Origin: Podarcis gaigeae
Taxonomy: Eukaryota
DNA length: 64,000 bases
Assembly (NCBI GenBank): GCA_964106915.2
Contig: OZ066914.1
Strand: one strand, 5' to 3'
Shown: one piece after another, positions 1-11,075 of the stretch
How positions within the stretch are numbered: position 1 is the stretch's first letter
Layout of the letters: every line of letters starts with the position of its first letter
Notes under the pieces: model-generated
Database searches by the model: none
What the model was told of the DNA's origin: nothing
Seen by the model: only the letters and a program-made list of their open reading frames with translations
Program-made: the position numbers and the translations under genes

Positions 1-458
1 TAAGCTGGCTGCGCAGAGAGGGCAGCCTCATATTCCATTGCTTTCCCATTTTCTCTTCCAACAACTGAAGGCGGAACAATGTGGAATGGACAGATCGCTC
101 CTTAATTATCTTCTCCATATGCTTCCCTTCAAAGTGTTTGGAATTGGTCTCCCTTACGGAAGGGACATAAGCACAGGCAGTGCTGGGGATGCTGTGCAGG
201 CGCCCAAAAGGAAATTCTACAGCAAGGTAATAATACAAGCTGCAGTTTCTGACTCACTTGTTCACAACAAGACAATCTGAATAATGGCTTCGTCTGCATC
301 ATTTATTCCTTCTCCCTAGTTAGGAACAACATAGAAAGTTGCCTGATGCCATGCTCTCTAGGACAGGGGTATCTCCCAGCTGGGGATCTAACCCAAGACC
401 TTCTGCTTGCTGAGCAAATTCTCTGCCACTGAGCTACAGCCCTTCACTAGGCCCTACC

Positions 459-753
459 CAGGGGCAGATCTACTATGAAACTAATGAAGTCTAAGCTTCA
501 GGGCCCCTAATTATAGAGGGCAGCAGAAACTACTTGCTTAGAAACACTGGGTCTAGAAGAAGCAATCTGAGTTGCATGACTCTAATGGATCACACACACA
601 CACAATCCCAAAGTTTGAGAGTCAGTAGCACAGATGTTGTAAACAACCCCATTGAAGAAGATAACATTGGTTACCCAGACCTTGTTGCTGATTGTAAAGA
701 GGCCCCCATGACTGTTTGAGCTTCAGGGCCCCCAGAATTTAGGTCCACCACTG
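459..753. mobile_element. hAT-type MITE (older)
   Basis: CAGGGGCAGATC...GGTCCACCACTG ends; near-TSD gccctacc/gccctgtc; internal repeat gcttcagggcccc. Confidence 0.6.
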
Positions 754-2575
754 GCCCTGTCCAGGGCAGAACACTCCAACTATAGACGCCACACCCAGTG
801 GACAAACTGCACACACAGGACTCCAGCCACAAGATCCAGTCCTTTGACTGTGGCAGCTGAGCTGTGGCTAAGCAGGGCAGTGGTACACAAATACTTCTTC
901 TGTTTAGGAGTCTGTGAGAGCTCATAGGAACAGCAGGTCGACAAGGTATGGGATTAACACCTGATGCAGGAGTACCTGTCTGGAGGAGCTGCTGCCAGGT
1001 ATTTTAAGAGCAAATACAGAACATGAGTTGCAGCAAGCCCAATTTCAAATCTCAACCCCTGCATCAAGCCATACCCTTTAACCTAAGATTTGGGAAGCAT
1101 CCTGAGTAACAAGGCTCTTGCAAAGATGGCTGAGGTAAGGTACACAAAGCATTTAGCTTCCCATTCACCAAACTGCCTTGCTGTAATAGTTCAGCACACA
1201 GGAGAAAGTGAGGACAGAGGTCTATTTTGCCCAATGGCAGGGATGGGGAACCTCTGGCCCTCCAGAAGTTATCAGGCTCTGTCTCCCATCAGCCCCAGCC
1301 AGTATGGCCAATAGCTAGGAATTGGGAGTGTCAGAGCCCAGTGGCATATGGAGGGCTACAGCTTCCCCGCCACTGCCCTAAATGGGGTACTGCACTCCTC
1401 ATGGCAAGCAAGCAGCACCGGTTTCAGGGTAATGTGGGTGGTTTTCCCACATAGGGTGCCAAGTTGAGTAGGTGCAAAACAACAAACAACAACAACAAAT
1501 GTATTTATATGAGTACCTACTAAGCAGATCCATAAAATAGGCAACTGTACCAAAGGAAATTATTGAGAAAATAAGAAATATGGGGGAGGGGGAGGAAATT
1601 TTTGCCTTTGCCCAGAGCACCATGTTACCAAAGTCCACCTTTGCAACTGAGCAAGGCATAGGAATTTGTGACTCATCCCAGCACGACAGATTTTTGCCAT
1701 TCGTCCTAAGGATTGCCCATGCCCAGCTCAGGAGCAAATTGGACTTAAAGGTTAGCAACTGGAACAAATGGGTCACCCAGACGTCAGTGGCTGTGATTAC
1801 TAATGAGAGCAAGTTCGGCGCATCTCTTCACACAAGCAGAGGCCAGTGTTGGTGGCAGTTCTCGGGGAGAGCCAAGCCCCCAGAAGCCTTTTGGAACGAC
1901 GCGTCTTCCAGTTTCCACAGCGGCTCCGCACAAAAGAAGCAAGAGAGACGCTAGGTTTTCCGGGGGGTTGTTGCTGTGGCAAAGATGAGGCGGGCTGCTG
2001 ACTGCCGCGACAATAGCAGGTCACCCCCATCATCTTCTGTCTGGACAGGAAGCCCTGCCTGCACAATCTCGTGGATGTTTGCCTGTGTTTAAGAGGAAGG
2101 TTGGGCAGGAGGCACGAGACGGTGTGTAATTTGTAAAGATTCCATGCTGCGATGTAGCTATGCGTATGTGTGTTTGTATCTTCCCGAGCCTTCATTCTCA
2201 CATCCCTCTCTCCCCCCCTGCTGCTCTGAAATAGCATCTGGGATAAGGGGTCATGAATATTTCACAAGGATAATTACCTGACCTGGAAAGACTGAGCCCG
2301 CTGGAGTCTTGCTGGCAGATTTAATGGCACTTTCCTCCCGTTTCACGGCTCAGCATGGCCCTCGCTGTAGCTCTGGCCTTTGCCTGCACCCCTGCCAATT
2401 AACCCTAACTTCATACTCATTCACTCCCTTGCCCACCCTTCCACAGGAACACCAGAGAGCTGGTTCTGTTGCTCAGTCACCCCAAGGTGTACGTGTGTGT
2501 GTGTCTTCAATTCTCCTCACCTTCCAGCTCCTAAAACCCCTTTCAGTGGACCTGCCTATTTAACCTGCCTCAGAC

Positions 2576-2576
<1 letters not shown>

Positions 2577-2612
<36 letters not shown>
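2577..2612. repeat. (AC)n microsatellite
   Basis: Direct inspection. Confidence 0.95.
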
Positions 2613-2615
<3 letters not shown>

Positions 2616-2961
2616 TACCCCACACCTGTACTCTCACATTTAACTTTGGCTACGAGCAGTTCTACCTGCTAAAAATAACCCACTCTTCCAGCTCTAACAT
2701 CCTCTCTCTCCCTTATGTGAAGTTAAATTAAGAAAGCTGCTGCCCTCGGAGTGGGATAATATACACGCTCTTCTTGCTGCTTCAACCCCAACCCCGCCCT
2801 TCTTTCCACATATTAAAAAAGAGCCTCTCTAGCACCATCTCTCTCTATCACAATTTGCAGGCACCCCAGGGCAATATTAAGCACTATAAAGCCAAGCATT
2901 CTGGTGCTAGCCACCTGATCCACACTCTCCCTGAACACATACCCCAGGGCTCTATTGAATT

Positions 2962-2967
2962 TTTATT
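2962..2967 (-). promoter_or_regulatory. Probable RTN4RL2 polyadenylation signal (AATAAA), implying a ~3.5-kb 3' UTR
   Basis: AATAAA on the minus strand, preceded in the transcript by an AU/U-rich tract with TGTA motifs (2970-3400) typical of 3' UTR ends. Inference only; no transcript data. Confidence 0.55.
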
Positions 2968-3402
2968 TTAGGAAGGTTGGGATCGCTTCTATCTTTACAA
3001 AACATATTTGCAGCCTATTTCGATAACTAAAAATAAAAAACGGGGGGGGGGGGACTGGTTGCAGAGACTTGGAGAGTTTTGAGATGCAGATAGTTCTCTT
3101 GCTGGCAAACTTAACAGGGGAATGGGGACAAGAAAGGAAAAAATGCTATTTTTTAAAAGCATATCATGTTGCCAAAGGAGGACACTCTCGGCAAATAATC
3201 AAAAGAATTAAGCAGAACATGTCCTTTTAAAAAAGAAACCTGTGTGAGGAATACCAACAAGGAATATTTTCAATTTAACACGGCATCCTAAAAGACAATT
3301 TTTGATCCACTTCCAGTTATCAATCACAAGCCTCTCTGTTTAGAATATTAACCCTGTACAAGTACCGGTATTTGTACCCAAAACATATACAATAACTGTG
3401 TA

Positions 3403-3635
3403 CAGTGGTACCTTGGGTTACAAACTTAATTTGTTCCAGAGGTCCGTTCTTAACCCGCAACCATTCTTAACCTGAGGCACACTTTCACTAATGGGGCCAC
3501 CTGCTGCCGCCTCCTCACAATTTCTGTTCTCTTCCTGGGGCAAAGTTCTCAACCTAAGGTACTACTTCCGGGTTAGCAGAGTTTGTAACCCAAAGCGTTT
3601 GCAACCCAAAGCATTTGTAACCCAAGGTACCACTG
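3403..3635. mobile_element. Tc1/mariner-pogo-type MITE, copy 1 (inside the presumed RTN4RL2 3' UTR)
   Basis: TIRs CAGTGGTACCTTGGGTTACAAA / TTTGTAACCCAAGGTACCACTG flanked by TA on both sides. Confidence 0.88.
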
Positions 3636-4128
3636 TATAACAGGAGTAAGAGCTCAGGAAAAGGGAGGTCAGTACTACTGGCATTCTGAACACCTGATGC
3701 CCATTCCAGGACTGGAAGGACTTTCCCTTCAATCTGAGAGGAGGCCATCTTTCTTCAGGGTGGGCCAGAACAAATTATTAGGATGCTCTGAAAATGAAAG
3801 GATTCTTTCCCACCAAAAGCTTTCATACACCCATGGGAAAAACCTTGTGATGAGGAACCTGTAGCTCTCTAGATGTTGTTAGACTACAACACTCCTCATT
3901 CCTACCCACTGGCAAGCTGGCAGGAGTTAAAGACCCCCAACATCAGGAGGATGTCCAACCCTGCCTTATGAGGACCCTCCCTCTTGACATAGCTTCCTCT
4001 CTCTATGGTCCACATTGCTTATAGAAGCAACTTTCAGTGGAGGTAGCAGGGTGTGCTGCTCTTGATGCTGAACAGGCTAAGGGTCCATCCAACCCCTCTA
4101 AGACTATAACACACTTATTACAGCCTAA

Positions 4129-4432
4129 GAACATAAGAAGAGCCCACCCACTGTATCAAGTCAGTGGCCCATCTAGTCCAGTATCTTGTTCTCAGAGTGG
4201 CCAACCAGATGTCTGTGGGAAACCCAAAAGCAGTACCTGAGCACAACAGCAAGCTCCTCTCCTGCAGCTTCCGGAAACTGCTATTCAGAGGCATACTGCC
4301 TTTGACAGTAGCCGAGGCAGAGCATAGCCAGCCAGAGTTAGTAGCCATTGATAGCTTTATCCTCCATGGATTTGTCTAATCATCTTTTAAAGCCATCCAA
4401 GTTGGTGGCAATCACTGCTTCTTGTGGAAGCA
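4129..4432 (-). mobile_element. CR1 LINE 3' end
   Basis: Typical squamate CR1 3' UTR (ggactagatgggccactg...cttcttatgttc) and end of ORF2 (ttagacaaatccatggaggataaagc). Confidence 0.8.
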
Positions 4433-6443
4433 TAAACCTTTAAGGAGTATTATCCACTGCTAAAATAAATGTGTTTGGGTTTTATGCTACAGTGCTCTTG
4501 TTTTTGCTGCTGGTAATTTCTTCCAAATTGCTATGTCCCAGCCAGATTTTATATTACCCCTAGCTCTTTCGGACACTAACCTCTTGGGCTATATATGCAA
4601 CAACACTTCCAGGACCACACTATATGGTTACTATGGGGGCAGCCAGGCTACAACAGCAACAGGAGATGGCTTCAGGTTTTACTTCCCATCAGCATCTCTG
4701 ACAGCCTCTATCTCTAGGATTTGTGAGAATAATCCACTGCTGGAATTTCTCCAATGAGGCCTTCAAGTAACATTCAACTGATGGAAGAGGGTGGATTATA
4801 AAGTGTAACCAAAGCTTTAGAGTTAGGGTGTTTTAATTGTTGTCCAATTTTGCTTTGTAAACCACTTTGCTAACTTTCTGCTGAAAGGCAGCATATAAAT
4901 AAATATTGTAAATAAGCTATGCAGAAGGCTAAGACAGAAGAGGCTGTTTCAACCCAACTAAGCCTAGAAAGACCTGTGGACTAATGTATCTGAAAGGAGC
5001 CCTTGTTCCAAAGCTCTGGGGCCTGTTTTAAGCAGGTACACTTTTATAAAGTAAACATGTGATTATGAGAACACTTGTATAAGAAAAGGCACACATTGGG
5101 AAGCTGGACTCAGTTGTGTTTCTTTGTCAAGTGTAGCACTCTGCAGCAAACGCAGGTTACACAGCAGCAGACATAGGCCACAACTTCAATGCAAGTGAAG
5201 ACCAGTTGCAATAATGGAATTTCTGAAGAAACCATGGATGAATGGACTGAATCTCTTTCAATAACCAAATGACTGGCTTAAGGGCTACTCCAGGAAGTAT
5301 CCATACAAGAATGTGTAGTGAGAAATGAGCAACCTTTGACAGAAGAATGAGCTACTCATTTCCAGTTAACTTCCAGTCAGCCAACCATTACGGACTTCTT
5401 ACACCTCATCATGGTTCTTTCCGCGTATCCCATCACAAACTTCCTTGAGTGACCAAGTCCACCAAGCCATACTAAAATAGTTTAATAGTTCTCCAACCAA
5501 CCAATTTTTTGGCCTTTTTTTCCAAGGGAAAATAGGGGCAGGGGAAGACATGGAGGCACCAGGGGTGGGGTGAGGAGAGGACACAGCCACACAAAAAATG
5601 AAGACCAGCAGTTATGAGCAAGGGCCAATTCACATGATCGTGTTTATCATGAGATAACTGCAACTGTTGCCTAAGACTTGGTAGTATGGAAGAGCCAACA
5701 CAGCCACTTTCATCATCATGTAGACACTATCCCTGCCAATGAAGATTAGATTACCAAGTGAAGCATTGCACTTGGTAATTATTACCTGAACTGATTATGT
5801 GAGTTGGTCCCCTGGTGTTTAAACTAAAACCCCCAAAACATATACCAAATAATGGGGGAGGAGTCAAGAGTGACAAGGGCCCAAGATTCCTGTAGCCTTC
5901 TGCGGCTCAGGAGGAGAATGGTACCGTATTTCTTTCTTTTTTTTTCTGAGTTGAGATATCCTATCCGATTGGACAAAGCAGGCACTTATGTGCATGGTAC
6001 ACTATTGAAGAAAGAACAGAACCTCTGAAGATCAGATCCTCATTCATTCCGCACTTCCTTGTCATGCACAGAAGAGAGCCCTGCTCTTTCCAGGATATGG
6101 AAAACACAGAAGGCCTCATAACAGCCCTGGATAGCAGTAGCATTAAGGGAACATCTTTAGTGGAATTATGCAACACCCCAGAAATAAAAAGGGGGCGCTC
6201 TTGCCATATGTTCACAAAATATGTCAGATACCACCCAGAAAGTGGCTCCAGTGTTAAGTCTCACAAATGGCCAGGAAAGCAGCAGCAACGGATCTAGTCT
6301 CCCTTTGTCCCTGTAGCAGGAGGAAGCTTAATCCCTTTGGCCTCAGCTAAGCGCTGGGTGGGGACCCATCCTGGCTTGGATCTCCCAGAGAGTCAGTTCT
6401 CAAAAGGCAGCTTAGCATCCAGCAGAGCAGCCACCCTCCATTG

Positions 6444-7235
6444 TCAAAACCAGGAAGGTCCCCAAAGCATCAACAGCCAGGGAAAGGGAAGCAACAGGAA
6501 GCCAATCCTGGTACCTCCAGAGTCCAGCGAAGAACAGCCAGGTCCTGGGCACCCCTTTTTCAGCTGCCCCCCTTCTTCATTGCCATAGCCCCCCCAGTAG
6601 CCGTCCTCCGTGGGTGGGTCATACTTGGGGCTGCGGATGTCATTTGCCGGCACGTCCCTGTAGAAGGAGGAAGGGTCAGCGGGAGGCGACCCTCCGAGGC
6701 CATAGAGGTGATTGGATGAGCCATTGGCGTGAGGGCGGGGGTGGGGGTGAGCTGCTCCATTCTCCCACTCGGGCCTGCAACCCCAGTCAAAGCCTACAGG
6801 GTGGTGGTTGCTCGGCGGGCAGCCCCGGAAGGCCGTTTCGTTGAGGCGGCGCATGTCACGCCCAACGCGGTCGGCCGGAGAAGTGCATATGACGTCCGAG
6901 ACAGAGACGCGCGTGCGCTGGAACCAGGCCCAGAGGGATCGGGCCCGGCAGTCGCAGGCCCACGGGTTGTTGTTGAGGCGTAGGAACTCCAGGGACGGCA
7001 AGTCTGAGAGGGTTTCCCCGGAGAGGGTGGTCAGGCTGTTGTTGAACAAGTAGAGGATGGTGAGCTTGCCCAGATCGCGGAAGGCCCAAGTCGGAACGGC
7101 GTGCAGGCGGTTCCTGTGCAGCAACAGGCGGTCTAATCCAGACAGACCCCGGAAGACGTTCTCGGAAAGCTGCCAGATCTTGTTGCCGTGCAGGAAAAGG
7201 TGGCTCAGGTTTGCCAGATCCACAAAAAGGTCGTC
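6444..7235 (-). CDS. RTN4RL2: RTN4RL2 coding exon 3: remaining LRRs, LRRCT, stalk, GPI signal, stop
   Basis: Acceptor ccatctcccag|GAC, phase 0. [18 protein letters not shown]...[10 protein letters not shown]...SSNHLYG...PPADPS...YWGGYG...hydrophobic tail, then TGA at 6446-6444. NHLYG, PPADPS and YWGGYG are characteristic of RTN4RL2. Confidence 0.97.
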   Translation of the reverse strand, partial: DDLFVDLANLSHLFLHGNKIWQLSENVFRGLSGLDRLLLHRNRLHAVPTWAFRDLGKLTILYLFNNSLTTLSGETLSDLPSLEFLRLNNNPWACDCRARSLWAWFQRTRVSVSDVICTSPADRVGRDMRRLNETAFRGCPPSNHHPVGFDWGCRPEWENGAAHPHPRPHANGSSNHLYGLGGSPPADPSSFYRDVPANDIRSPKYDPPTEDGYWGGYGNEEGGQLKKGCPGPGCSSLDSGGTRIGFLLLPFPWLLMLWGPSWF

Positions 7236-8121
7236 CTGGGAGATGGAGGAAGAAAGGACAAGCTGTGAAGACACCGCTGGCAAAAGGAACAGCCCCAAAG
7301 GCCTCTTCCTCCATATTCTAGGCCGATTGTCAACTCAAGACTGTAGACATTCGTTGCTGCCTCCCCACCTTCCCAGATCTCTCCCACGCAGCTACACAGG
7401 ATTTACTGCTGGACGCAAAGCCAGAGTTTTATGAGGAAGTTGACTCCTGCGCTTTGGTTGAGGAAATGATACAGGCTGGCTCCCAAGTCCCCCACCCACA
7501 AACTTTGCCCTCCCCCGCTAAGGATGTGGCTTGAAGCACTGAGGCATGATCTGCAAATGCATTTTTGCTGCTGCAGGCCAGGCTGCAGCTCCCCTACTCT
7601 TAAGCCACAGAGCGCCTGAGGCCGGATAGGCATGTGGTTTTTAAGTGAGTCGCTGGCAGGGCACAGAGAACCTTCCTTCAGGGGAGGACCAGCCATGTGG
7701 GGGTGGAAGGCTGAGCGGAACTCCAGTTCCTTGCCGGTCTTCAGAGAGAAATGGCGGAGAGGCCTCCATTTTCCCTCTCAGAAGGCACATCTTAAACCAT
7801 CTATCTGGAAACATGTCAACACCTTGCCTCATTGACCCACTCCCTGTTCTGCCCAGTGAGAAGCTCTCCTATCCATCTGCTTGCTGGAAACTCAGAGGAA
7901 ATTCCCCATCTGTCCTCAGGCTCCACTGCCAGTCATTTTTCTTCCTTCCCACTCCCATCATCTTTCCTTGAGAATATGCCCCACAAGGTCAAAAGGAACT
8001 TAAGCCCAGAGGAAGAATGGGGTCCATACCTCCATAGCCCACCTGGGAAAAAGCTCCCCCTAGAGGCCAGAGGCAGTGGCCCAAGTTCCACGCTAACCCA
8101 CAACCAAGCACTCTGACTCAC

Positions 8122-8597
8122 CTGCAGGCAAAGCAGGTTGTTCTCCTGAAGGTAGAGGTATTGGAGGCTGAAGAGGTTACGGAAGATGGTGGTCGGCAAG
8201 CTGCTCAGCTGGCAGCGGTACAGGTGCAGAGACTGCAGCCGCTCCAGCCCGCGGAAAGTGTCTGCGTCCAGGGTGCGCAAATTGCGGTTGTCCCCCAGGT
8301 CCAGCCACTCCAGAGCTTGGAGGTGGCGGAAGGTGCCTGGCTGGATGGAGGAGATGTTGTTGGAGTAGAGCCAAAGGGTGACGAGGCTCGGCCCAAACAT
8401 GCCGGGGCGCAGGGTCCCAATCAGGTTGTTCTGCAGGAAGAGGCGCTGAGCATTGGCGGGCAGGACCCGTGGCACCGAGGAGAAGTTGTTGGCCTGGCAG
8501 CTGACGGTGGGCGGAGAAAAGTAGCAAGTGCAAAGCATGGGGCACATGGCGGCCACCAGAGGAAAAGCCAACAGAAGCAGGAAGGTGGGAGCCAAGC
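8122..8597 (-). CDS. RTN4RL2: RTN4RL2 coding exon 2: signal peptide, LRRNT cap and N-terminal LRRs
   Basis: Acceptor ttctctgcttccag|GC and donor CAG|gtgagt; 476 nt. Translation LAPTFLLLLAFPLVAAMCPMLCTCYFSPPTVSCQANNFSSVP...LQYLYLQENNLLCLQ matches RTN4RL2/NgR2 as I recall it. Confidence 0.97.
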
Positions 8598-8886
8598 CTG
8601 GAAGCAGAGAAGGACAGGCAATGAGATGCTTCCTTCAGCAACCATCACCCCCCGCCCTTATGTGGAATATCCTAGGAGTGGTCCCGCCTTCCCTGTCCAC
8701 CCACAGCATTGCTATTTCAAGACAGCTATTTATTTAAAGCTGGGCTGGGGAAGCTGTGGCCACCTAGATTTTGTTGGACTATTAACTCCCATTATCCTGG
8801 ACTACTGGACATGCTAGCTGGGGCTGCTGGGAGTTGGAGTCCAATGACATCTGGAGGGCAATAAGTTTCCCACTCATGATTTAAAA

Positions 8887-9022
8887 CAGGGTTTCTCATT
8901 CTTGGGTCTCCAGCTGTTTTTGGACTATAATCCCCATCACCCCAGACCACTGGTCCTGCTAGCTAGGTAAGATGGGAGTTGTAGTCCAAAAACATCAGAA
9001 GACCTAAGTTTGGGAAACCCTG
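8887..9022. mobile_element. hAT-type MITE
   Basis: CAGGGTTTC...GAAACCCTG ends, long internal palindrome, exact 8-bp TSD atttaaaa. Confidence 0.85.
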
Positions 9023-11008
9023 ATTTAAAATCTTTATACCCCAGCTTTCCTCTTGAGAGCTTAAGGGGGCTATTCCCATTATTCTCCTCCTCCTCATCTT
9101 CATCATCATCACCCCACCCTTGCTCTAACCACTACACTACACTAGCTCTCTTTAGTACTCCCCCCACAATACACACATACTACCCAGATATTTCAAAGGT
9201 TCAGTTGTCAGGCTTCCAGTTAAAAACATGATTTTGAAAGATTAAAACAGAATGTCAACATGGTGTTCTTGACGGGTCACTTACATTTCCCAGCTCTTTA
9301 TCTTTGATTTACTGGCTATTACTTTGATTTAAAAGAAAAGAAGAGAAAGAAAGCCAAAATCCTCCCACTTTTCAAGAGCTGCGATGCAGAGAGAGATCCC
9401 AAACCATGAGACTCACAAGTCACCAGAGCTGGCAACCCTGAGAGGCGTAATCCCATATGAGGAGGCATGCTCCCCTATTCAAGAGAGCCCAAGATGTCAT
9501 CCTTCGCACGCAATTTCTCACGTGAGACTCCTCCTCCTCGTGCAAGTGTGCATGGTCTCCAACCTCTGCATGCATGCGTGTGGGCAGTGTGACGTGGCAA
9601 ACGAGTAACACAAGCTGCCGATGCCGTTTCGGTAGTTCACACCACCTCCACGCGGGCCCTACGCTGCCTTCCCACTCTCCCCAGCCTCCATGCTGCTCAT
9701 GACAAGTCCTTCAAGGAGCCTCGCCAACACCCAGAATGCTTCGACACAGCTCCATCTTTACCAGCATCAACAACATTGTAAAGGCTGTCATATTCCTGCC
9801 CCCCCAGTCCCAATCTCTCTTCAATAAGAGACACCTGAAATCACACACCGCTCACCCAGCTTAACTTTACAGTTTTGACATGTTCACTGTTTTGGGACTT
9901 GCATGAAGCATACTGGGAAAAGCCTCCTTTTGGCTACACCAGTCATAGTTGGGAGATAGGGGTAGCATAGACACTAAGCACAATTTAAGCCCATTTCGCT
10001 ACCTCAAAGAATTCTGGGCACTGCAATTTCCTCCTCATGGGGTTAAAATTCCCAGCAACCCTTTACAAATCCCAGTGTTCAGAATTCTTTAAGGGAGGGT
10101 TTCACTCCACAGGTCAGGAGATTCACAAGTGTGGCACCTGAGAAGGCCAGGACCCCCTGCCCCACCCCTCCTTTTGCTGTAAGATTACAAGCAGAAGTCT
10201 TGCACTGACCCAGTTAAACAGAGCAGGCACACAAGGGGGGGGGGCAGGCTGAATGGCCAGTGGGACAAGAGGGAATTGCAAGGCAGCTGCTAAAAGATGC
10301 CAAGGTGAAATGCTGCTGCCCCCCCCCCAAATCCACCAAAGAATCCAATTCTTCCCCCTCTTCCCAGGTTTTTTTTAAAAGAATTCTGTTTGTGCTCAGT
10401 TTTGGACTAATTACCACAAGCTGGTAGCAAAGAAACATAAATTTTCAACAACAAAAAAGTCCTAACTTACATAACATATGCCATGCCAAGGAAAGGAAAG
10501 GGGTGTCTCTCCCACCCCCACTGCGTTTTTACTGATTGGGTAGCTTTGTGACAATAACAGGCACATCTTTGGCAGGATATGACACAGGCAGGACTGGGAT
10601 TCAGGTTGTGAATCAAATTACAGAACTGATAGTCACAAAAATACATGTTGCTTTATAGCTCCAAAAGCATGGCAGCAACCATGCATGTTCCACAACCAAA
10701 CAGACACATGAGGCGAAGTTCTGTTTGCAGGACCTGTTTTTCACCCCTGAAGTAGGGAGGGAAATCTGCCCTGACCTCCCTGCTCCCTTCCTGCTAAAAC
10801 ACCTCCCCTAAAACCCTGGGGTGGGGTGGAAGGAAGCCTATGTTCCTCAGTGCCATTAGCAGTGGCCATTTCCTCCAATAATGGCAGGCCAGTTTTCCCT
10901 CAAGGGAGAACAGGGAAAAAGCCTTTATCTTGAGCAGAGGGGTGGGGGCAGAGAAGAGAGGGAGCTGCAGCTGCTACTAATGTTGACTGCTTGCCTCTTG
11001 TCTCTGGA

Positions 11009-11011
<3 letters not shown>

Positions 11012-11075
<64 letters not shown>
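11012..11075. repeat. (CT)n microsatellite
   Basis: Direct inspection. Confidence 0.95.

Noticed and set aside
1-300. Possible last exon of SLC43A1 expected from synteny
   Set aside because: No SLC43A1-like translation seen in the ORF track.
7933-8121. Exon-2 ORF reading through into intron 2 (possible secreted truncated NgR2)
   Set aside because: There is a canonical donor at 8121, the extension has no recognisable features, and nothing indicates intron retention.
8161-8817. 218-aa antisense ORF over RTN4RL2 exon 2
   Set aside because: Typical shadow ORF of a GC3-rich coding exon.
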